Of a DNA stretch of 64,000 nt, positions 50,923 through 58,655 are shown piece after piece. Within the stretch, counting starts at the first letter, position 1; each line of letters opens with the position of its first letter. Source of the DNA: an uncultured virus (IMG/VR IMGVR_UViG_3300014057_000711) (lineage: Duplodnaviria > Heunggongvirae > Uroviricota > Caudoviricetes); IMG/VR virus record IMGVR_UViG_3300014057_000711; one strand, given 5' to 3'. Position numbers and translations under genes: made by a program. The notes under the pieces were generated by a model, which did no database searches, had not been told where the DNA came from, and saw only the letters and a list, made by a program, of their open reading frames with translations.

Positions 50923-52434
50923 ATGATTGACACAACACAACTAACCCAACTTATCTCCGCATTCCGTGTGGAGACGGAGAAGGAGTCGATCTCGCCGGAG
51001 ACCGTCGGCTCTCTCCTTCAGAACATCACTGACTTGCTCGCCAGTGCCTCAAGCAGCATCGAGCAGCAGATATTCGAGAACTGGAAGGCGATTCTCTCGC
51101 AACTCCACCTGGTGGAGAGTGTGGAGCAGGGAGCGAATAACGTGGAGCACGTGAACATCGCCATGACACTGCGCGACCTCGCCAACGGCGGGCGCACAGG
51201 GGCGAACTTCCAGATTGAGCCTGCCACCGAACAACGGGCAGGGGTGATGACGGCTGCACAGGCGCAGACGCTGGCTGCGCTCAACCTTGCAGTGGACGCA
51301 CTGAAACTCGCAGCCGTGAATCTCGCAAACAAGAACACGGAGCAGGATAACCGGCTTGACATCATCCAGGGACGTAGTGACGTTATCACCGCAATCTCGC
51401 AGGGGAGCGACCACGCCTCGAAGGTCTATCTGACCATACGCAAGGAGAACCTGAAGACTGGCGCCATCTACAACAAGATAAACAACAGGGAGATTGCAGC
51501 GGCCACCAGCGAGAAGGCGGGAGTGATGACGGCTCAACAAGCTAAAGACCTGCAGAAGGCTGTGAACGGCCTTCTGATCCAGGATGAGCTGATTCGTGTA
51601 CTGCACAGCATCGACCTGGTGGTGACATCCATTGAGGACCGCCCCTACAGGAAGGACTGTCTGTACTACGGGGTGGAATACTGCGACCTATATGCCGGTG
51701 AGCGATTCCCTGCGGATGACGATATCATGATTCCCGGTGCCACCATAGAGCACGCTGGAGTGATGACGGCCAGACAGGTGCAACGCCTTGATGACGCTGA
51801 GCGCGACATCTTCAACCTCAGGAAAGCTTTTGGCTCTGTCAATGGTGGCGGCACAGGGCAACTCCTGCCCATAGCGCTGCGCATAGGCAGCGGTGAGGGT
51901 CCACTGCAGGTGCTGGGCGCTCTGCCGCTGATTGACAAAGGGTACTTCCCTTACCTGTTCCGCTTCTCACGCAAGAGAAACCGCATCACCAACCGCAACG
52001 AGCACGATGAGATTATCCGGAAGCACGGCCCAGTCCGCAAGGGATGGAACATGGTGGGAAAGGTGGATGCCATCAGAGTCTCCAATGACGGCACGGTGTC
52101 GATAAGGAAGAACGTGTTCAAGCATCCGATGATAGACACCGAACTTCTCGACGAGTTCCAGACGAATGCAAAGTTCTTCATCAAAGAGGAGACTGACTCC
52201 AAGGGGACACCATACGTGAGCTACGGAAAGACCCAGGTGAAACTCACCCGGGAGGTGAACGGACTGGAGGTGCGCCGCAAGGTGCGGCTGCTATACGGCA
52301 TCGCTTTCGCCGACTACAAGGTGGGACCGCGAGGCGCGCTGGACATGAGCCGCCTGGTGACACCGATCGTGCCGTTCCACGTCTGCAACCTGCTGCTTGA
52401 CGCGGACAGCAGCGTGTGGATATTTGAGCGATAG
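50923..52434 (+). CDS. Tail fibre-like protein
   Basis: Three 'AT...AGVMTA.Q' repeats; N-terminal 'ETEKESISPETVG'. Confidence 0.65.
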   Translation: MIDTTQLTQLISAFRVETEKESISPETVGSLLQNITDLLASASSSIEQQIFENWKAILSQLHLVESVEQGANNVEHVNIAMTLRDLANGGRTGANFQIEPATEQRAGVMTAAQAQTLAALNLAVDALKLAAVNLANKNTEQDNRLDIIQGRSDVITAISQGSDHASKVYLTIRKENLKTGAIYNKINNREIAAATSEKAGVMTAQQAKDLQKAVNGLLIQDELIRVLHSIDLVVTSIEDRPYRKDCLYYGVEYCDLYAGERFPADDDIMIPGATIEHAGVMTARQVQRLDDAERDIFNLRKAFGSVNGGGTGQLLPIALRIGSGEGPLQVLGALPLIDKGYFPYLFRFSRKRNRITNRNEHDEIIRKHGPVRKGWNMVGKVDAIRVSNDGTVSIRKNVFKHPMIDTELLDEFQTNAKFFIKEETDSKGTPYVSYGKTQVKLTREVNGLEVRRKVRLLYGIAFADYKVGPRGALDMSRLVTPIVPFHVCNLLLDADSSVWIFER

Positions 52435-52439
52435 ATACG

Positions 52440-52542
52440 AAAAAAGGTGAGCCTGGGCACACCTTCAAACATGAGAGTGCGCACGGGCGGCACTCATATC
52501 TACACCAAGAGCCACGGCTCCTGCATATCTTCGGCAAAATTA
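52440..52542 (-). ncRNA. Candidate minus-strand small RNA between tail fibre and holin
   Basis: TAATTTTG box, gagtgc/gcactc stem, terminal aggtgtgcc/ggctcacct hairpin plus T run. Confidence 0.45.
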
Positions 52543-52604
52543 GGCATTTTTCACCTTAAATCCAAATAATCCTCATTAAATAATCAACAAAAAATCAACA
52601 TCCT

Positions 52605-53108
52605 ATGAATTTTCTGATTGACACCCTGAAAGGCGCGTCGCTGCACGTGCACGCAGTATGGCTGGCGCTGGCCTACATCGCCGTGATAATCGCCATGGCG
52701 GTTGACTTCGTGGCGGGTCTGAGAAAGGCAAAGCAGGCTGGCATAGCATCGACATCCCGTGGTTATAAAATGACCACGGAGAAGGCAGCGAAATACTTCC
52801 TGCCGATGCTGTGCCTGACGTGCGTAGACCTGATGACCTCGGTCATTCTGCCGGCACCGTTCTTCACGATGCTCATGGCGGGATTCAACATCTTCTGCGA
52901 ATGGAAGTCGGTGCTGGAGAGCACGCATGACAAGCAGGAACTCCGGGACAAGGCGAACACGTTCAACGTGATACTCAAGAACAAGGACGACATAGCCGCA
53001 ATCGTCCTGCAAGCCATGCAGATGATGGAGAAAAAGAATGAGCTGGAGAAAGCTAACCAAAGTATTAACGAACAAACACCACAACAAAATGAAGAAGAAC
53101 TTCCTTAA
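52605..53108 (+). CDS. Phage holin
   Basis: 'AMAVDFVAGLRKAK..G...SRGYK.T..K', 'EWKSVLE'; TM helices; upstream of amidase. Confidence 0.8.
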   Translation: MNFLIDTLKGASLHVHAVWLALAYIAVIIAMAVDFVAGLRKAKQAGIASTSRGYKMTTEKAAKYFLPMLCLTCVDLMTSVILPAPFFTMLMAGFNIFCEWKSVLESTHDKQELRDKANTFNVILKNKDDIAAIVLQAMQMMEKKNELEKANQSINEQTPQQNEEELP

Positions 53109-53703
53109 CATCGTGCCGCAGGAGGTGACCGATGGCAGTGAGCGCACCATCCGATATAAAGGCAATGACGGCAAATACCACAGCATAGCCTCAGGTGACG
53201 CTGGCGACGCTCCCACGCTCAGCGTGGAGCAGGTCACCAGAACGGTACAGATTTCATTGACAAATCCTTCAGCAAGTCCGCAGATAGCAGATTTCATGCT
53301 GAAATACGGCTCGATGAAACTCACGAACTTCAAAATCCTCTCTATGCGATACAACTCGACGTCCATAACCAAACTCTATTTTGAAAATGGTGTGCAGGGG
53401 CCTACTCCATACCGCTACAACCTGACCTCAGCAAAGGTCACTTTCGAGATTAACGCAAGTGTGATGGATGAAATCTCCCGTGAGACGTTCAACACCGGCA
53501 GCGCCGAGGTGATTGACTTCTTCGAGAGGACAGTGATGTCAATCATCGACGACGTGACTCCATACATGATCTATTACTATATGCTGAAGGCGAACTTCAT
53601 AATTCAGATAAGTGAGTTCACAGGCACGGAGATGCACCTTTTCAGCACCGCAAAGGACGGCACAAAGACCGACCTGGGAGTGCTCAATCAAATCCATGAT
53701 TGA
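53089..53703 (+). CDS. Hypothetical phage protein
   Basis: 204-aa ORF overlapping the holin end. Confidence 0.55.
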   Translation: MKKNFLNIVPQEVTDGSERTIRYKGNDGKYHSIASGDAGDAPTLSVEQVTRTVQISLTNPSASPQIADFMLKYGSMKLTNFKILSMRYNSTSITKLYFENGVQGPTPYRYNLTSAKVTFEINASVMDEISRETFNTGSAEVIDFFERTVMSIIDDVTPYMIYYYMLKANFIIQISEFTGTEMHLFSTAKDGTKTDLGVLNQIHD

Positions 53704-53815
53704 TCTCTAAAGGTCACTTTTAGCACCGTGAGAATTTAACACCAGGAACCATCATCTTATTAGATAATTCTTGATAATCAACTTGTTGAAACCAATACTT
53801 TAAATTTAATCTTTA

Positions 53816-54424
53816 ATGTCTAAAAAAGTAGTAATCCTGGGCACAGCCCATGGGAGCAACACTCCAGGGAAGTGTTCTCCCGACAAGAAATTCCGTGAGT
53901 ATAAATTCAGTCGTGAGGTTATCAATGACCTCAAACCAAAGCTTGAGGCTTTGGGGCTGACAGTGTATATCGACATGCCGCAGGACGTGGTGCCTCGTCC
54001 GCCTGTGGCAGAACTCGCACAGCGATGCAGGATTGTGAACAATCTGTGCAGGAAGCACGGCACGGCAAACTGCGTGTATGTGAGCATCCATGTGAACGCT
54101 GCTGGCTCGGGTGGTGTGTGGCGCACCGCACGTGGCTTCGCGGTCTATGTCGCACGTCAATGCTCGGACAACAGCAAGCGCCTTGCCAAAATGCTTTGGG
54201 ACAAGGCGATGGACTTGGGGCTGCGTGGCAACCGGTCGGTGCCATCAGCCCGATACCACCAGGCGAATTTCTACGTCATCAAGAACACGCATTGTCCTGC
54301 GGTTCTCACCGAGAACCTGTTCCAGGACAACCATGAGGATGTGGACTTCTTGATGTCGCCTGAAGGCAAAGCGAAAATCGTGGAACTGCACTATGAGTGC
54401 ATCAAAGCTTACTGTGGACTATGA
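53816..54424 (+). CDS. N-acetylmuramoyl-L-alanine amidase (Amidase_3) endolysin
   Basis: 'ILGTAHG', 'RE', 'VSIHVNA', 'PAVLTENLFQDN'. Confidence 0.9.
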   Translation: MSKKVVILGTAHGSNTPGKCSPDKKFREYKFSREVINDLKPKLEALGLTVYIDMPQDVVPRPPVAELAQRCRIVNNLCRKHGTANCVYVSIHVNAAGSGGVWRTARGFAVYVARQCSDNSKRLAKMLWDKAMDLGLRGNRSVPSARYHQANFYVIKNTHCPAVLTENLFQDNHEDVDFLMSPEGKAKIVELHYECIKAYCGL

Positions 54425-55014
54425 AAAACTCACTAATCACTCATCTCTCATCACTAATCATGCTAATGGCAGCTATGCTGATATTGGCATCAGGCTGCCG
54501 CTCGCAGAAGAAGGTGGTGAAATCAGAGGTCGCTATCGCTGACACGTGCTCGGTGAGCAGCTTATCCACCACGGCCGTAGAGCGGCTGAGGTGGATGGAC
54601 AGCATCTCACTGCACTTCGACAGCCTGGAACTGGAATGGCGCGTGCCTGCAGACCATTTTGCTGAAATCGGCAACATGGCCTACGACACGGCGCAAAACT
54701 CGTTGTATAGGCCGGCGGCCGGATCTGCGGCGAAGGGGGCTGCCCTTTTCCCAGCGCAACCTCGCCAGGGCTCGGTTTTGCTGAGGGCAAGACATGCATC
54801 ACTGGGGAAGGTCGGCAGACTTGAGCGAGGCTCTGCGAGCTGCGCTCAGCAAGCCGACAGTGTGATGCACCACCGCACATCAGCCTCCGACATGAAGACA
54901 GACAACGACACCACAGCAATCGCCAAACCTCCCGACCTGGAATGGCTCACATTTGCAATCATCGCTGGACTCGTGGTGGTGTTTATAATAATCTTCTGGA
55001 TTGAATACGAATAG
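54421..55014 (+). CDS. Lipoprotein with C-terminal TM helix (unimolecular spanin-like)
   Basis: Lipobox 'LASGC', C-terminal hydrophobic helix, directly after endolysin. Confidence 0.55.
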   Translation: MKNSLITHLSSLIMLMAAMLILASGCRSQKKVVKSEVAIADTCSVSSLSTTAVERLRWMDSISLHFDSLELEWRVPADHFAEIGNMAYDTAQNSLYRPAAGSAAKGAALFPAQPRQGSVLLRARHASLGKVGRLERGSASCAQQADSVMHHRTSASDMKTDNDTTAIAKPPDLEWLTFAIIAGLVVVFIIIFWIEYE

Positions 55015-55062
55015 CTGAAGTTAGTATTTTTTTCTCATAAAGTGAATTTTTATGGTTATTGG

Positions 55063-55099
55063 GAAAGGCTGGACCGTGAGGTTCGGTCTTTCTTTTTTG
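55063..55099 (+). terminator. Terminator of the lysis cassette
   Basis: gaaaggctggacc-GTGA-ggttcggtctttc plus T run. Confidence 0.75.
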
Positions 55100-55107
55100 C
55101 CTGGTGC

Positions 55108-55202
55108 AAAAGAAAGACTGCGCCCACGTCTCTCGACGAAAAGCGCAGACAACTAAAAAGGAATGTATTAATTACGATGGTTAAAATTCTAATGCAAATA
55201 TA
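55108..55202 (-). ncRNA. Candidate minus-strand small RNA
   Basis: TATATTTG box, U-rich body, ctgcgc..cgtc-GAGA-gacg..gcgcag hairpin plus T-rich tail. Confidence 0.45.
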
Positions 55203-55430
55203 GTGTGTTTTTATGACATTCGCAAATGTTTTCAGCCAAACATTGGTTTTTATAGGTTTTTGTAGTGTTATTATTTACCTCGGGTACCAGGTGGTTTACT
55301 CATGGTTTACTTTGTTAAAAAAATGGCATCTGATAATCAGCGGTTTACAAAGGTATGGTTTACTCTTGATTACTCATGGGTGCGCAAGTGGTTTAATCTT
55401 GCAGTGTTGAGTCCAGACGCAGACCGCCGC

Positions 55431-55782
55431 CATTGATGTTGACTATAACAAGCTGATGTGGTGCCTCATACCGCCGCTTGACTGACAGAATTGCCGTGTC
55501 ATTGAATTTTGTGAAACATATTTTTACTTAGCAAAGTTAGCGCATCAGACCACCGCACAAGGACAGGCCCTGGCGGGTTTTGCTGAAAAATCTCCACACC
55601 TGCGGGTAGTATTTTTCGGCAAAATCCTTGTGCTCGCAGTGGTCTCTACAGATGCGCACCTTATTGCACGTAAAAATTATGTTTCACTTCACAAAATTCA
55701 TCTATCATGACACAGCAATTCTTCAACATCAGTCAAGCTCCAAGCCAAGGGGCACAAGAGAACATTCATGTCAACATCAATG
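55431..55782. promoter_or_regulatory. Long fold-back module 3 with minus-strand promoter (TAACTTTG, 55532-55539)
   Basis: cattgatgttgac/gtcaacatcaatg, gcttgactga/tcagtcaagc, tgaattttgtgaa/ttcacaaaattca, gcacaagga/tccttgtgc. Confidence 0.75.
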
Positions 55783-55937
55783 ACGGCTCAGCCAATGTAT
55801 GGCTCGGTGATACTCCAATCTGCACTACAAACTGCAAGGATGCACTCGAACTTATAGTGCAGACTCTGGCTGACAAGTTCGACGCAAAGCTTCCTGCCAG
55901 GTCAGAAATGATATACGACACAGTGATGCAATGGTGA
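55707..55937 (+). CDS. Small hypothetical protein
   Basis: 76 aa; start codon lies inside the 3' arm of module 3. Confidence 0.6.
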   Translation: MTQQFFNISQAPSQGAQENIHVNINDGSANVWLGDTPICTTNCKDALELIVQTLADKFDAKLPARSEMIYDTVMQW

Positions 55938-55939
55938 TT

Positions 55940-58550
55940 TCTCATCAGTCCTCCCGTCAAATCGGGAGGACTGATAGCAACCGACAGATGTGAGAAGAAA
56001 GGACAGCTGGACATTACCAATAGAGACCGCCATCTTTTAAACGCACGCTGCCCCTGAAGGGGGAATCGTGGCACGCAGGACTGCCACGGCAGCACTCGCC
56101 GGCATCGGCAGTCGCTGGCATCAGCGAAGGGATGTGCATCCCACAGAGAGAGTGCCGCCCCATTCCATGCCGCAACCCTGCACTGCGTTACGGGTTGCGC
56201 CGTGGGCTGGGTCGCACCGCTCATTCCGCCATCGGCACACACTACGGAGGCTCCCGTGGGGCATCGGCCGGCCTGGACCCATGGCTGAGGCCCTGCGCTT
56301 ATGCAGGCTCCGCTCCCTTGCCGTGGCGACACCCGAGTCGTCTGCGCCGACATCGGGTATCGCCACTCGTCCGCTACGCTTGCACGCTTGTCCTCCCGAT
56401 GCCGCACTGCGCCTCCCAAGCTTGTCGTTATCACTCCATTGCCGCTGGCGGGCGGTGCTGCTGGCACACTCCCTTACGCTTATGCCTACGCGAGCGTTTC
56501 ACTCTGCAGATGCCATGCTCTTAGTGCTGCACAGGCAGTCCACTCGTGCCATATCAGCGGCAGAGTGGTGTTCAGTTCCGTGAACTTCACGTCGTTGTTT
56601 GTCCGGCGATGCTGGCGCATCGTCGGGTGGAGGCAGCCTCATGCCACACCGACACCCGTTCCCTCGGCCCGGGTATCGGTGCCGCAGTCGGCATCACATC
56701 GCAGCTCGCCGTCCCCACCGCTACGCTTCGGGGGTGCGAGCCGCCAATCAGCACGGCACGCAACCTGGCGGTGCGAGCCGATCGCCCACATTCCCACCCC
56801 TCATATTGCTGCGGCAAGCCTTGCAATCCCTCTAAGTGCCATGACGAAGGCACGCAGGACTGCCAACACCTGCCATTGCGCCGCCGGCCTCCGTCGTGGG
56901 TCAGGCTGGCTCCTGGAGAGTGCTGCATGCCATGGCGCAACCCTGCACTTCTCTTCATTTCGCTACGGGTTGCGCTATGGATGACGTACCTTGTTCCCAC
57001 TGCGGGACAAACGCTCCGAATGAGGGCATGGCGCTTGACGGCCCAGCTTCACGCAGATGGCGCTACCTTTCCGCACCGACACCCGAGATTCCTGCGTCGC
57101 CGTCGGGTGTCGGCACGGGTGCGCCACTCGCCGTTTCGCTGTTCCTGCGCCATACACTCATTCCAAGCTTGACAACACAAGTGTATCATTGTCTCGAAGT
57201 GGCGGTACTCTACGCACACTCCATACGCCGCTTGACCCACGAGCGCTGGCGCTCTGCGGTCGGCAGTCTTCATTTGTGGAGGCAGTCCACTCTGTTGCCG
57301 TCGCCATAGCAAAGCGGTGTGCCACTGGCGTAGCACGCATTTGTTCGAGAGAGTGGCGAGCACTCTCAATCGCGATGCCTACGCTCGTGAGCCGTGCCTG
57401 CGGCGGTCGCTGCGCGCGCTTCGCCTGAAGGCCGACGCAGTGGCATGGTCGTCGTTACGATGTGTGATGTTGGGCTGCGCTCAACATCTGTACACACATC
57501 TTCACTCCTGAACGCACCGACACCCCGCGCCTGCAGCAGGTCGCAGGACTACGCCGCGCCCGTCATTACGCTCCGTCGTCAAAAGTGCTCTGGTCGTGCC
57601 TGATGTGGGACGATGCGGACTCGCATCCGGCTCACGCCCGATGCTTGACGGTGGTCAGTCCGCAACGCCCCACGGCACTCGCTCGCACACTTGCCGCCGT
57701 CTCTCACTCCTATGCTTGCTGACGTCCTAGCTGACTTGCCACAGGCTTTCGCTTGCGCTCAGGGGTGTCGGTGCAGTATGCCATTGCATCCAGCCTCCAG
57801 GCTGTCGCCCACTTGCTCTCTTGAGGCACAGGCTCACGCTCTCCAGCATCGTTGGGGCAGCTGCGCATTGTCGCCAGGCTGTCTGTAACATGAATACTAT
57901 CGCCTACACTTGTTACTATTACCTTCATCACTTCAAGCTGGCTTGACATGATTACGGCTGAAAGCGGTGCTGACACGCTCAATCGAAACCTTCTCCTGCG
58001 TCAAAGGTTCGCTTTCGCACGTCAGCGGATTTACCATGCAATCGCCTCATGTGCCATGATGCTTTTACAGCTGCGCATCGCCGCCAGTTCATCGGAACAA
58101 TAATACTATCGCCTTCACTTGTTAATGTCGCCTTCATCACGTCAAGCAGGCTTGACATGATTACGGCTGAAAGCGGGGCTGACACGCTCAATCGAAACCT
58201 TTTCCTGCGTCAAAGGTTCGCTTTCGCACGTCAGCGATTTGACCGCACAATCGCCTTGCTCGGCTTGCCTCGCTTGCATATTCCGATAACGAAAATCGCA
58301 GTCGCACGGAGTCGCTACGCAGGGCATCGGGGGGTCTTCCCAGACAGGGACGGTGGACACCCCCGTACCCCCGTAAAAGGCTGTATAACAGCCTTGTGAC
58401 TTCCGCAAAGGCGGAAAGTCGGAACAAACCGTGAACGCCGTTCGACGCTCACGGATGATTTACGGTCGAAATCTTTGACCGTAAACGAGAAAAACATGCT
58501 TCAGGTAGCATTTAACGTCACTGCGTGACTGGGAACACATTAAGACATGG
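55940..58550. other. GC-rich, hairpin-dense non-coding region with internal duplications
   Basis: Only low-complexity overlapping ORFs in all frames; many stem-loops; two direct duplications. Confidence 0.7.
57893..58256 (+). repeat. Direct repeat of ~135-155 bp, period 209 bp
   Basis: 57893-58027 aligns with 58102-58236 without gaps. Confidence 0.9.
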
Positions 58551-58560
58551 CTCGGCTTAA

Positions 58561-58596
58561 TGTCTTTTAACCGCTATCGCGGTTTGTTTATCTTTG
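58561..58596 (+). promoter_or_regulatory. Putative late promoter TGTCTTTT-N20-TATCTTTG
   Basis: Conserved motif and spacing. Confidence 0.7.
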
Positions 58597-58655
58597 TCTT
58601 CGACAAACTGGGAAACTGATTACTCATAACTGATTACGACAACTTAAAAACACCT

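Noticed and set aside
3637..55782. Using G-T wobble bias to decide which strand of the fold-back modules folds
   Set aside because: Inspected mismatches favour the minus strand near the start codons but the plus strand in inner stems; not decisive without an alignment
57893..58256. DGR template/variable repeat pair
   Set aside because: Differences are not adenine-specific on either strand, neither copy lies in a credible gene, and no reverse transcriptase is in the window
55766..58497. Many overlapping 60-233 aa ORFs in the GC-rich region
   Set aside because: Present in all frames with R/A/P/C-rich composition, no motifs and no Bacteroidota start context; expected by chance at high GC
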